Below are positions 38,315-48,349 of a DNA stretch of 50,228 nucleotides, in pieces. The DNA lies in assembly GCA_905235385.1 (NCBI GenBank), contig CAJOLB010000001.1, forward strand, positions 1 through 50,228. The letters run 5' to 3'. The stretch is from an uncultured Alphaproteobacteria bacterium. GTDB lineage: Bacteria > Pseudomonadota > Alphaproteobacteria > RF32 > CAG-239. The stretch's first letter is position 1. Every line of letters begins with the position of its first letter. The notes under the pieces were generated by a model that saw only the letters and a program-made list of their open reading frames with translations, was not told the origin of the DNA and did no database searches. Made by a program: the position numbers and the translations under genes.

Positions 38315-39592
38315 CTATTTTCTCTTCTTCTTGGGCTGAACGGGAATATTAAATCCGAGTTTTGCGTTATAATTATCAATTTTTTTCAACAATTGATAAT
38401 CCGGATAGCCGTCTTCATGCATTTTTGCCTTAGCTTGAAGCTTTTTAACCGCTTCTTTGGTCTTTGGACCAAGCTTTCCGTCAACTTTAAGATGAGTATG
38501 TAAAATTTTATTTGAAAATGTTTGAACTTTTTCAATATCTTCGTTGGTTAAAGCATACTGTCCGTACGACGAAATCTGTGCATATTTTTGCGAACCTGAA
38601 ATATAGTCCGCAAGCAAGCTCACCGCCAATGCATAATTTTCGGAGCGGTTCCAAATCATAATTCGTCTGAAATTTCCTAAAACAAGATATGCCCGTCCCT
38701 TTCTTCCGTCCGGAATTATAATTGAACCCTTCAACTCCGGATTAATCTTCAATTTTTTGCCGCTTTTATCTAAAACGCCTAATTTTGACCATTCTTCAAC
38801 AGTTTGTCTTGTTTTATAACCCGTCAAGGTATAATCAAAATTCCATGGTAATTGAACACGTTGCCCCCACGGCTCATCAATTTTCCAACCTAAATCACTC
38901 AAATAATTTGCAGCCGAGGCAATTGCATCATCAAAGCTGTCCCAAATATCAATCACGCCGTCATTATCATAATCTATTGCATAAGCGTTATACGTTGAAG
39001 GCATAAACTGAAAATGCCCCATAGCACCGGCCCAAGAACCGAGCATCTTATCATTTGAAAGATCAAATTTATCCATAATCTTCAAAACTTGATACAGCTC
39101 ATTTTTGAAAAATTTAGCGCGCCTGTTTTTGTAGCTCAGATTTGTTAAACCATCGATTAAATGATATTTTCCTTTGTTTTGACCGAAGTTTGTTTCAACG
39201 GCCCAAAACGCCGTCAAAAATGAAATTGGAACACCGTATTCCTTTTCAATTTTGCCATATTTTTTTTGAAGGTTTTTATAATGCTCACGAGCGCGTATCA
39301 CTCGGCTTTCGCTAACCAAGCGATTAAGATATTCCCTTGAAGTTAAAACAAATTCAGCCTGCTTTTTGTCTTGCTTAATAACTTCGGGTTGGGGATGATA
39401 ATATGTTTCTTTTCCATAGGCCTGTCTGATTGTCTTTTCAGAAATTCCTTTGGAAATCATCTCTTGTTTTAAATTTTCTATAAACGTAAGCCACTCTTTT
39501 GGAGGTTCTTTTACATCAGAGGCAGCAAAGCAAGGATTTATCAGCAGAAAAATCCCGAAAAACAAACAAAATTTTACATTTTTTAAAAACAT
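38315..39592 (-). CDS. Lytic murein transglycosylase (MltB/SltB family) with peptidoglycan-binding domain
   Basis: ETNFG, GSWAGAMGHFQFMPS, DAIASAANYL, DGKLGPKT. Confidence 0.92.
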   Translation of the reverse strand: MFLKNVKFCLFFGIFLLINPCFAASDVKEPPKEWLTFIENLKQEMISKGISEKTIRQAYGKETYYHPQPEVIKQDKKQAEFVLTSREYLNRLVSESRVIRAREHYKNLQKKYGKIEKEYGVPISFLTAFWAVETNFGQNKGKYHLIDGLTNLSYKNRRAKFFKNELYQVLKIMDKFDLSNDKMLGSWAGAMGHFQFMPSTYNAYAIDYDNDGVIDIWDSFDDAIASAANYLSDLGWKIDEPWGQRVQLPWNFDYTLTGYKTRQTVEEWSKLGVLDKSGKKLKINPELKGSIIIPDGRKGRAYLVLGNFRRIMIWNRSENYALAVSLLADYISGSQKYAQISSYGQYALTNEDIEKVQTFSNKILHTHLKVDGKLGPKTKEAVKKLQAKAKMHEDGYPDYQLLKKIDNYNAKLGFNIPVQPKKKRK

Positions 39593-39672
39593 ACGAACCT
39601 CTTAAAAGCTGCAAATAATGTAAACTGTTTTTTTAAAACAAACAAGCAATTGTTTCGGTTATAAAGATATTT

Positions 39673-40761
39673 TTAAGAGCATAGTTCTTCAATAATTTTA
39701 TCTAAAACTAAAAACCCCTTATCTGTGGCAAAAACCTGATCTTTTTCATTTTTAATCAATTTTAATTCACACAATTCATCAATTTTCTGCTGAGATACGA
39801 ATGTATCGAAATTTAATCCGCATATCTCATTAAAATATTGTTTATTTATCCCTTTTTCAAGCCTTAAGCCCATAAGAATTAACTCTTGAGCCCGCTCATA
39901 AGAGCTTAGCTTTTCTTTGAGGTTCGGATACTCCAACGCATAGTGTTGTCTTTCTATTTTCAGCCTGCCGTGAGCTCCTTTACCTATCCCGATATAATCA
40001 TCTCCCGTCCAATAACATTTGTTATGGACCGACTCATATTCTTTTAAAGAAAAATTTGAAACCTCATATCTCGGATAGCCGTTATTTCTTAAAAAATCAA
40101 CTGTTTGCTGATACATTTCGGCAGCATTCTCATCATCTAAAGCCTTAACTCCTTTTTTTTCAAAAACCGTTCCTTCCTCAATCGTCAGCTGATAAACAGA
40201 TAAATGCTTAAACCCGAAAGACACTGCTTGTTCTAATTCGCTTGTCCAAGAAGACATCATCTGGTCAGGCCTTGCATAAATCAAATCCATCGAATGATTG
40301 TCAAAAACGCGCAGAACATCGTCTATACTCTTTAAGGCATCTTTTAGGGTATGGGTACGCCCCAAAAATTTTAAGTCTTGTTCATTTAAAGCCTGAACAC
40401 CAAGTGAAAGACGGTTAATGCCGGCCGCATGAAGATTAGAAAACATCTGCGGACGGTTTGTGTTCGGATTTGCCTCCAAAGAAATTTCCATATTTTGCCG
40501 AACAGGCCAAAGCTTATAAATATGATTAATAAGACGCTCTATATATTGCGGCTCAATAAGCGACGGCGTTCCTCCTCCGAAAAACACCGAACGTATCACA
40601 CGATTTGGAAGCATATGATGATAATCATCCAAATCTTTGATATATTTATCTATAATTTCGGTCTGATTGAGATTGCGATCAATAATTTTATAAAAATCAC
40701 AATACGGACATTTACTTTTACAATACGGCCAATGAAAATATATCGAAACTTCCTTTTTCAT
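39673..40761 (-). CDS. hemW: Radical SAM heme chaperone
   Basis: YFHWPYCKSKCPYCDF, GGGTPS, YEVSNF, HNKCYW. Confidence 0.92.
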   Translation of the reverse strand: MKKEVSIYFHWPYCKSKCPYCDFYKIIDRNLNQTEIIDKYIKDLDDYHHMLPNRVIRSVFFGGGTPSLIEPQYIERLINHIYKLWPVRQNMEISLEANPNTNRPQMFSNLHAAGINRLSLGVQALNEQDLKFLGRTHTLKDALKSIDDVLRVFDNHSMDLIYARPDQMMSSWTSELEQAVSFGFKHLSVYQLTIEEGTVFEKKGVKALDDENAAEMYQQTVDFLRNNGYPRYEVSNFSLKEYESVHNKCYWTGDDYIGIGKGAHGRLKIERQHYALEYPNLKEKLSSYERAQELILMGLRLEKGINKQYFNEICGLNFDTFVSQQKIDELCELKLIKNEKDQVFATDKGFLVLDKIIEELCS

Positions 40762-40908
40762 ATGTTCAGACTAAGCATTTAACACCACAAAAACAAGTTT
40801 TATCTCTCGTTTATACAATTTCTTAAAAAAAACTTGACAAATTAAACAAAATAATGTATAGATTGAGCAGTTTTTATATAATTATGTCAAACCTTATTCT
40901 CATATATT

Positions 40909-41493
40909 ATGATCAAATACTACAAAAAAATGAGGCAAGAGAGAACGAACACTCTCAGCCCTGCCGTTATGGCAAAACCTATCACCGAGTTTCTCCGCGA
41001 TGCCTATGGCATGATCACCAAAGACATGCAGGAAGAAGGCGTAGACTCTGTCAAACGCCTCAAATCTGCCAAGAACTTCCTCTCATTCTGTAAGGAGAAC
41101 AAAGAAATGGTGGAAGCTTTCGGTCTGTTCATCGGCGACCATCGCGGCTATTACGACAAATTGCCGCGCTTCTACAACTGGCAGACGCTCGATCCTTTCG
41201 TAGAGGCCATCTTCCGGTTCAAGGTCGAGATGCCTAACAAATCAAGGCTCCTCGAAATCTCCGGCAAGTATGAGCTAGCTCGGTTCGCCATGTATGATGA
41301 TGATGTCGCCCGTTTCGTACTCGCCAATTTCGACAAGTACGCCGAAATCAAAGACAAGTTCGAAGACAAACATGGACGCGCCATCTGCGTCCTCGAAACT
41401 CTTTATCTCGAACTCTGCAAGAGCCGCGGAACGGTCGCTTCGCCTCAGTGGGCCTTAGAGGTTCTCATCAAGAAGATGTGCTACAACCTCTAG
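40909..41493 (+). CDS. Orphan hypothetical protein, elevated GC
   Basis: 194-aa ORF with C-ending codon bias. TTGACA-N17-TATAGA upstream, terminator downstream. Confidence 0.75.
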   Translation: MIKYYKKMRQERTNTLSPAVMAKPITEFLRDAYGMITKDMQEEGVDSVKRLKSAKNFLSFCKENKEMVEAFGLFIGDHRGYYDKLPRFYNWQTLDPFVEAIFRFKVEMPNKSRLLEISGKYELARFAMYDDDVARFVLANFDKYAEIKDKFEDKHGRAICVLETLYLELCKSRGTVASPQWALEVLIKKMCYNL

Positions 41494-41509
41494 AACAACC
41501 CTCAACAGT

Positions 41510-41538
41510 AAAACCCCGTGCATTACGCACGGGGTTTT
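41510..41538. terminator. Bidirectional terminator
   Basis: AAAACCCCGTGC-ATTAC-GCACGGGGTTTT. Confidence 0.8.
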
Positions 41539-41555
41539 GTGTTTGAGAAACGCGG

Positions 41556-41942
41556 TCAGTCCTTGATAAACTCGCTGATGTCAGGAATCTTCTCGATTCT
41601 CATCGTTGCATAGTTTCCGCCCCTCATGTCCGAAAGCAAGCCGCGAAGAGCATTTTCATTTTCTCGAGCAAGCTCCGGATATTTCTTGAGGAGCTCGAAG
41701 AACCCTTCAAAGGAAAACTGATCGGAATGAAAAGCATCAAGCCTTGTTTTCGGAAAGTGTTCCTTAAACCATCGACGAAGCTCCTCAAGAGCAATGTCAA
41801 TGCCGCTGACACACTCTCGACGCCTCTTTTGAAACTCTGACACACCATATTCACTGATAGAGCGAATGGAAATAGAATTAACTGCCCTCTTAGAGTTCAG
41901 CAGTGCGCCATAAGCCTTTTCAAAATTCACAAAATTTTTCAT
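41556..41942 (-). CDS. Orphan hypothetical protein, elevated GC
   Basis: ~128-aa ORF converging on the shared terminator. Confidence 0.65.
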   Translation of the reverse strand: MKNFVNFEKAYGALLNSKRAVNSISIRSISEYGVSEFQKRRRECVSGIDIALEELRRWFKEHFPKTRLDAFHSDQFSFEGFFELLKKYPELARENENALRGLLSDMRGGNYATMRIEKIPDISEFIKD

Positions 41943-42005
41943 ACGCAATAATATTAAGATGACATAAGCTTAAAATTTCTGAGATTAACTATAAAAAACG
42001 AGCCA

Positions 42006-43097
42006 TCATTTGTCAATGGATTTTTTTTGAGCAAAATCAGATATTTTTTCAGCCAAATCAATATTATTTATCGCCTTAAAGCCGGAATTTTTCATAGCTT
42101 CTATATATTTATCTCTGTTTTCATAAACATTATCGATTGTGCCAAGGAATAAATAATCATCCGCGAGCTTTTCATCAGGAATGATTTCAGCATAACCCTT
42201 GGCTTGAAAAGATTTAGCATTCAGCATTTGCTCGCCTCGGCTCGACCCTGTCGGCAACGGAACAAGAATCATAGGCTTTGAAAGGCTTAAAAGTTCAAAA
42301 ATAGCATTTGAACCCGCTCGTGAAATAACAACATCGGAAATTGCCATCAAATCTTTCAATTCTTTATCGATATATTCAAATTGTTTGTACCCCGATGCCG
42401 TATATGAGGGATCTTCCTGACCTTTACCGCACAAATGAATAATCTGATATTTTTTAAGCAACGTCGGAATATGTCTGCGAACAACATGATTTAAGCTCTT
42501 AGCACCAAGGCTGCCCCCCATGAACAGCAAAACAGGTTTTTCCGGCGTAAAGCGGCAAAATTCAAACCCGCGTGTCTTATCCGCTCCCTCAAACCTGTTG
42601 GACATCACAGGTCCGATACATTCAACTTTTTCCTTATCGCGAACATATTTTTCCGTGTCTTCAAAGGTTGTAAAAAATTTGCTCACAAAACGCAGAGACA
42701 TTTTATTGGCAAGTCCGGGGGTTACATCAGATTCATGCATTAAAACAGGAACTTTGCGAACAAAACCGGCAACAACAACCGGAAATGAAACAAAGCCGCC
42801 TTTTGAAAAAATAATGTCCGGTTTTTCTTTTATGACAATACGAACTGCCTGTAAAATACCAACCGGAATTTTCAAAGCATCCAAAAAATTCTGCCAAGAA
42901 AAATAGCGCCGAAGTTTTCCTGTTTGGATCGGATAATATTTAACTTTCGGAAATTTTTCAAGCAATTCGCGCTCAATACCGGTATAAGAGCCGATATAAC
43001 AGACGTCCCAACCTTTATCCAAAAAAATCGGAATAAGAGCCAAGTTAAGAGTAACATGCCCGGCACTTCCTCCGCCCGTAAAAATAATCCTACTCAT
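42006..43097 (-). CDS. murG: Lipid II GlcNAc transferase
   Basis: TGGGSAGH, GKLRRYF, HESDVTPGLAN, GGSLGA, SRAG, GEQMLNA. Start overlaps the rmuC stop. Confidence 0.93.
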   Translation of the reverse strand: MSRIIFTGGGSAGHVTLNLALIPIFLDKGWDVCYIGSYTGIERELLEKFPKVKYYPIQTGKLRRYFSWQNFLDALKIPVGILQAVRIVIKEKPDIIFSKGGFVSFPVVVAGFVRKVPVLMHESDVTPGLANKMSLRFVSKFFTTFEDTEKYVRDKEKVECIGPVMSNRFEGADKTRGFEFCRFTPEKPVLLFMGGSLGAKSLNHVVRRHIPTLLKKYQIIHLCGKGQEDPSYTASGYKQFEYIDKELKDLMAISDVVISRAGSNAIFELLSLSKPMILVPLPTGSSRGEQMLNAKSFQAKGYAEIIPDEKLADDYLFLGTIDNVYENRDKYIEAMKNSGFKAINNIDLAEKISDFAQKKSIDK

Positions 43098-44472
43098 CGT
43101 TTGAAACCCTTTCATCAAATTCAATTAAATTATTATCTTTATTTTCTAACGCTATGTTTTTGTTAGTTTTTGCGCCTTTTTCTTTAAGTTGCATCGCAAA
43201 CGAAATTGCTCCGCCCTTTCCGGCCAGTTTTGTCATTGCATCACGATAATGGGTATGTGTTGCATTCAAGGATTTATCAATCTGTTTCATATCCTCAACA
43301 AAACCGGCAAGTTTATCGTAAATTTTGCCGCCGATTTCAGCCAATTGAGCCGCACTTTTATTTCTTTTATCAAGTTGCCATAAATTTTCAACCGTCCGTA
43401 ATAATGGCAACAAAGACGATGGCGTTGTAATTGCAATATTTTTACTCAAAGCATAATCATATAGAGTTAAATCAGCCTGAGCTGCCTCAACATAAGCACC
43501 TTCAATCGGAATAAAAATCATCACATAATCAAGGGCTTTGTCTCTTAAAAGTTTTTGATATTCTTTGCTTGAGAGTTCATCAATATGCTTTTTGATACAA
43601 GATATATGCTTTTTCAAAGCCTCCGCACGCTCGACCTCATTATCCGCATTAACAAATGCCACATAATCATTTAAAGAAACTTTGCTGTCGATAATAACCT
43701 GACGATCATCCGGAAGCTGAACAATCACGTCCGGACGAAGCATTTTGTTATTTTCATCTCGGAAAGTCTCTTGGGTAAAGTAATTAATTCCTTTTTCCAA
43801 ACCCGAAATTTCAAGCACACGTTCAAGCTGAAACTCGCCCCAATTTCCTTGTATTTTTTTATTTCCTTTCAATGCGTTGGTTAAATTTTCAGCTTCATTA
43901 CTTAAAGTTTGATTAAGCGAAAAAAGCATTTTTATCTGTTCATCAAATTTCAGATTATCTTCGTGTGTCGCCTCCATTTTTTTCTTAAAATCAATGAGCT
44001 GATCTTGAAACGGTTTAAGCATAAGACTCAACAAATTTTTCTGATTTTCACCGAATGAGGAATTTTGAGCCCGTATAACTTCTGCAGAAATATCCTTAAA
44101 TTTCAAGCTCATTTCTGCTTTACTTTTTTCTAAAAAATCAGCTTGTTCCGAAATATACTTGTCTTTAAAAACACTATCTGATTTCAAACGTTCGTTTTCT
44201 TGTATAAGAGAAAGCTTTTCCATCATCAAATCTGAAATTGTCTCTTTCTGAGCAGATGTTTCATCTTCTTTCAAATATCGCCATGTATTAAATTCAGCTT
44301 CTTTAAGCTTAAGGACGGATATTTCTTTTTTCTTTTTAACATTTAAAACAAAAAACATAATAAAAAGGATAAAGAAAACAAAACAACATATTGAAACAAA
44401 TAAAAAAATATAGTCTTTATTTTGTAAAAACGTTTGCAACATTATTTTCTCCATGAACCATATTCTACACAC
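43090..44472 (-). CDS. rmuC: DNA recombination protein RmuC
   Basis: N-terminal TM and coiled coil, QGNWGE, RPDVIVQLP, IIDSKVSL, MIFIPIE. True start probably a few codons downstream. Confidence 0.92.
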   Translation of the reverse strand: MCRIWFMEKIMLQTFLQNKDYIFLFVSICCFVFFILFIMFFVLNVKKKKEISVLKLKEAEFNTWRYLKEDETSAQKETISDLMMEKLSLIQENERLKSDSVFKDKYISEQADFLEKSKAEMSLKFKDISAEVIRAQNSSFGENQKNLLSLMLKPFQDQLIDFKKKMEATHEDNLKFDEQIKMLFSLNQTLSNEAENLTNALKGNKKIQGNWGEFQLERVLEISGLEKGINYFTQETFRDENNKMLRPDVIVQLPDDRQVIIDSKVSLNDYVAFVNADNEVERAEALKKHISCIKKHIDELSSKEYQKLLRDKALDYVMIFIPIEGAYVEAAQADLTLYDYALSKNIAITTPSSLLPLLRTVENLWQLDKRNKSAAQLAEIGGKIYDKLAGFVEDMKQIDKSLNATHTHYRDAMTKLAGKGGAISFAMQLKEKGAKTNKNIALENKDNNLIEFDERVSNDE

Positions 44473-44560
44473 CCATTTTTGCTTTTCAATATAATAAAAA
44501 AAATGAACACAACAAAAATCAAATCTTGATTTTTAAATTTTTCAAAACATAATATGAACC

Positions 44561-45217
44561 ATGATTGAAATTGCTTTTGATAAAAACCTGAATAACACAT
44601 TTAAGGACAAAGAATACCCGCTTTTAACCCCGCCTTTACTTAAAGGAAAAGATTTTGAGCAATATATTCATTATGCTTCATCTGTGTTTCAAACATTACA
44701 AAAAGACAAATATATCATTGTATTTGAACAAAAAAAACTTTTTGAGATAAACAAATTAGCCTTTGCTTTTTTTGTTGTATCTTGTTTTAACTCAGATAGC
44801 AATTTAGAATGCCTTGTGATTAAAACCAAAGATGAAAAAGAGGCTTTTAACAACTACAAACCATATGTTGCTTTAAGTATTGCCGTTAAATATGCTATCC
44901 GCATATGTCAAGAAAACACTCAAACAATCTATAAAGAATTAGAAACATTAACTTATCTTAATTTTTCAGTTCATAAAAATTTTTCAAATAAGACTTTAAT
45001 TTACAAGACAAAAACAGATCAACCCTTGAAAAAGATTGAAACAAATTCATTATTAGAATCCATTGCCCGTGTCAGCTGGCTAAAATTTTTATCCTTAAAT
45101 GAAATAGAAGAAAATATTGAATTAATTGTCAATATCTCTGATAAAGAAGAAAAAATTGCCCAAAAAGAAATAACTAAAAAAATTCTTGAATTTTCAAGGC
45201 CTTATATCTTAATATAA
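44561..45217 (+). CDS. Hypothetical protein
   Basis: 218-aa AT-rich ORF. No family recognised with confidence. Confidence 0.7.
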   Translation: MIEIAFDKNLNNTFKDKEYPLLTPPLLKGKDFEQYIHYASSVFQTLQKDKYIIVFEQKKLFEINKLAFAFFVVSCFNSDSNLECLVIKTKDEKEAFNNYKPYVALSIAVKYAIRICQENTQTIYKELETLTYLNFSVHKNFSNKTLIYKTKTDQPLKKIETNSLLESIARVSWLKFLSLNEIEENIELIVNISDKEEKIAQKEITKKILEFSRPYILI

Positions 45218-45249
45218 AAAAAAGCCCCCACGATTTGTATCGCAGGAGC
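45216..45249 (-). terminator. Intrinsic terminator
   Basis: Minus strand GCTCCTGCGAT-ACAA-ATCGTGGGGGC followed by T8. Confidence 0.7.
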
Positions 45250-45263
45250 AAAAAACAGCTAAG

Positions 45264-45752
45264 TTATTCGGTTGCAAAGAAGTGAGCTAACTCTGCATAA
45301 CTATACGAATCAGGAAGATGAAAAAGATAACCACACCTCGACAGCTGCTTTCCGGTAGCCGCTTCAAGAAGTTCTGTCAAATCTTCCAAAAAAGGTCGGT
45401 TGATAAAATTATCGCCGATTGTTCCGTTTTTGAAGTAATCTAAAGGCAAACCTGATGCCTGCGTAAAAACGCAATATACGTCATCTACCGAAAAACGCCC
45501 GATCAAATCGGAAACCCATTGCCCTATCGTCGGTTTGTAAAAAACACATTTGTGCGGCACCAAATTAAACCGCTTCCTAAGCAGTGTTTCAATCTCGCAT
45601 TTCAAAACAGAATCGATATTTGCATCAACATCAAGGTTTTCTAGAAAACGGATGTATTCTCCTTCATCTAAAGCACCTTTTGCTTCGGCCACAATCGGCT
45701 CCAACTTAGCCATTTTCAGACCAACGTACTTAATAATTAGTTTTTTCTTCAT
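45264..45752 (-). CDS. Hypothetical protein with two acyl-carrier-like segments
   Basis: IDSV..EI...L..RF......F..PTI pattern followed by a second degenerate unit; own terminator. Confidence 0.65.
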   Translation of the reverse strand: MKKKLIIKYVGLKMAKLEPIVAEAKGALDEGEYIRFLENLDVDANIDSVLKCEIETLLRKRFNLVPHKCVFYKPTIGQWVSDLIGRFSVDDVYCVFTQASGLPLDYFKNGTIGDNFINRPFLEDLTELLEAATGKQLSRCGYLFHLPDSYSYAELAHFFATE

Positions 45753-45832
45753 AATAGTATAAAATTAGGAATAATGATAATTCAAGTGAGAGTGAATTTA
45801 CCATCTTTAAAACAAAAATCAAGGACATTTTG

Positions 45833-45875
45833 AAAGTGTAAAGAAAAAAGAAACCTTAAATTTTTACGATTCCTT
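45833..45875 (+). repeat. Solo copy of the AA-centred palindromic site
   Basis: 42/43 identity to the reverse complement of 19615-19657. Confidence 0.92.
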
Positions 45876-45877
45876 CG

Positions 45878-45970
45878 CTTTCAAAAAGCTGTATTACAAA
45901 CCTGACTTTAAGCCAAATTGATGAAATCTGCTCAACAGAAAACGGGCGCTCTCTTGTCCTGAAATTTTAA
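45878..45970 (+). pseudogene. 3'-terminal fragment of a pilin-like gene
   Basis: Reads [30 protein letters not shown], similar to LKTLTINRMQELCS near the C-terminus of the 18919-19509 pilin. No start codon. Confidence 0.55.
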
Positions 45971-47769
45971 TCGTCACCGATTCTTAAGGCTTCAATAAAG
46001 GCAGATTGCGGCACCTCAACCTTTCCGAACTGACGCATACGTTGCTTACCTTTCTTTTGCTTATCAAGAAGTTTGCGTTTACGCGTTACATCACCGCCAT
46101 AGCATTTAGCGGTAACATCTTTGCGCAAGGCAGAAATTGTCTCACGCGCAACAATTCTGCCACCGATGGCAGCTTGTATCGGAATTTTAAACAGGTGTCT
46201 CGGAATCAAATCTTTTAAGCGTTCACAAATCTGACGTCCCCTCGCCTCTGCTTCGCTGCGGTGCGTCAAAAATGCCAACGCGTCAACAGGTTCTTCATTT
46301 ATTAAAATCTGAACTTTAACCAAATCCGACTCCTGATAGCCCGTCAGCTCATAATCAAAACTTGCGTAACCGCTTGTAATGGACTTTAAGCGGTCGTAAA
46401 AATCAAAAACAATTTCATTTAACGGAATGTTATAAACCACCATCGCACGTGAGCCGACATACGTTAATTCGACTTGCTCGCCTCGGCGCTCGGTGCAAAG
46501 TTTCAAAACCGCACCCAAATAATTATCCGGCACTAGAATCGTTGCCCGAACCATCGGTTCTTCAATTGAGCGAACCGTCGACAAATCCGGCATATCGGCA
46601 GGCTTATGAAGCATCATATCACCTCCGTCCGAAAGATGAATCTTATAAGCAACCGAAGGAGCCGTCGTGATGATATCCAAATCAAATTCCCGCCCGATTC
46701 GTTCTTCTATGATTTCCATATGAAGAAGCCCTAAAAATCCGCAACGAAAACCAAGACCTAAAGCTTCCGAATTTTCGTTTGTATAGTCAATACTCGCATC
46801 ATTTAATTTAAGCTTCGCAAGCGCATCTTTGAGTGCTTCATATTGACTTGAATCTGTCGGAAACATTGAGCAAAAAACAACCGGAACGGAAGGCTTAAAA
46901 CCTTCAAGCGGCGCATCACACGGCGTTTTGTTATCTGTAATGGTATCTCCGACGCGTGTATCGCTGACAGATTTGATGCTTGCCGTAATAAACCCGACCT
47001 CTCCCGGATAAAGCGCGTCAATATCTTGCATTTTAGGCGTAAAAATACCGACTTTTTCAACCTGATAGACCGTCCCGTTTGACATCATCCTGATGTTTGT
47101 TTTCTTTCTTAAAACACCGTCATGAATACGAACCAAAATAACAACCCCGAGATATGAATCATACCAGCTGTCAATCAAAAGGGCTTTTAACGGCGCATTT
47201 TCATCACCTTTTGGCGCCGGCAGACGTTCAACAATCGCTTCTAAAAGCTCAGGAACACCCAAACCGGTTTTTCCTGATGTTTCAATCGCATTTGAAGCAT
47301 CCAAACCAATAACATCTTCTATCTGCTGTTTAACTTTCTCAGCATCAGCCGAAGGTAAATCAACTTTGTTTAAAACCGGCAAAATTTCATGATTATTTTC
47401 AATTGCCAAATAAACATTGGCAAGTGTTTGAGCCTCAACGCCTTGCGTTGCATCAACCACCAAAACACTTCCCTCGCATGAAGCAAGAGAGCGCGAAACC
47501 TCATATGAAAAGTCAACGTGCCCGGGGGTATCCATCAAATTAAGCTGATAGGTTTTGCCGTCTTTGGCCTTATAATTCAAGCGAACGGTTTGCGCTTTAA
47601 TGGTAATTCCGCGCTCTTTTTCAATATCCATACTATCTAAAACTTGCTGCGTCATCTCACGTGCGGACAGCCCGCCGCAATATTCAATCATACGGTCGGC
47701 AAGGGTTGATTTGCCGTGGTCAATGTGGGCGATAATCGCAAAATTTCGTATCAAACTCAAATCTGTCAT
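45967..47769 (-). CDS. lepA: Translation elongation factor 4
   Basis: [42 protein letters not shown]. Confidence 0.98.
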   Translation of the reverse strand: MTDLSLIRNFAIIAHIDHGKSTLADRMIEYCGGLSAREMTQQVLDSMDIEKERGITIKAQTVRLNYKAKDGKTYQLNLMDTPGHVDFSYEVSRSLASCEGSVLVVDATQGVEAQTLANVYLAIENNHEILPVLNKVDLPSADAEKVKQQIEDVIGLDASNAIETSGKTGLGVPELLEAIVERLPAPKGDENAPLKALLIDSWYDSYLGVVILVRIHDGVLRKKTNIRMMSNGTVYQVEKVGIFTPKMQDIDALYPGEVGFITASIKSVSDTRVGDTITDNKTPCDAPLEGFKPSVPVVFCSMFPTDSSQYEALKDALAKLKLNDASIDYTNENSEALGLGFRCGFLGLLHMEIIEERIGREFDLDIITTAPSVAYKIHLSDGGDMMLHKPADMPDLSTVRSIEEPMVRATILVPDNYLGAVLKLCTERRGEQVELTYVGSRAMVVYNIPLNEIVFDFYDRLKSITSGYASFDYELTGYQESDLVKVQILINEEPVDALAFLTHRSEAEARGRQICERLKDLIPRHLFKIPIQAAIGGRIVARETISALRKDVTAKCYGGDVTRKRKLLDKQKKGKQRMRQFGKVEVPQSAFIEALRIGDD

Positions 47770-47893
47770 TTGTTTTTATTTCCTGTAATATGGGCTATTG
47801 ATAAATTATTTTTTTACTTTATGCAATATAATATTGAAAAAAATTAGAAAATATGTTTTAATAAAGGCAAAACAGAAAACGGAGTAAAAAATT

Positions 47894-48331
47894 ATGAAAA
47901 AAATGATAGATGTTGATTTTGGCTCAACGCGCTATGATGAGTTGGTCGAGCTAAGATATAAAGTCCTCTTGGAACCGCTCGGATTAAAATTTTTGGATTC
48001 ATTCAGAAATAAAGAAATTTCATATCTTCATATCGGCTGTATTGAAAGTCTGGATGACAAACTTATCGGCGGTTTAATTCTTGCCCCCGTAAATGACAAA
48101 GAAATCCGCCTGATGCAAGTCGCTGTTGACCCCGTCCATCAAGGTGAAGGCGTTGGCCGAGCTTTAGTTGAATATGCCATCAAACGGGCAAAAGAAGCGG
48201 GTTTTACAAAAATTGTCATGCACGCCATGTTATCTGTTGTCGCTTTTTATGAAAAACTCGGTTTCAAGCAAGAAGGTGCTTTTTTTGAAGAACAAGGCAT
48301 CACTTTTGCTAAAATGGTAAAAAAAATTTAG
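47894..48331 (+). CDS. GNAT-family acetyltransferase
   Basis: QVAVDPVHQGEGVG motif A, FYEKLGF. Confidence 0.9.
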   Translation: MKKMIDVDFGSTRYDELVELRYKVLLEPLGLKFLDSFRNKEISYLHIGCIESLDDKLIGGLILAPVNDKEIRLMQVAVDPVHQGEGVGRALVEYAIKRAKEAGFTKIVMHAMLSVVAFYEKLGFKQEGAFFEEQGITFAKMVKKI

Positions 48332-48349
48332 CATAAAAGGAGAAATCCA

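Noticed and set aside
45832-45970. Shufflon-type in-frame fusion of silent cassettes at the 42-bp site
   Set aside because: At the intact locus the site lies upstream of the start codon, and a TAA (45857-59) in the site's inner arm is in frame with the pilin fragment.
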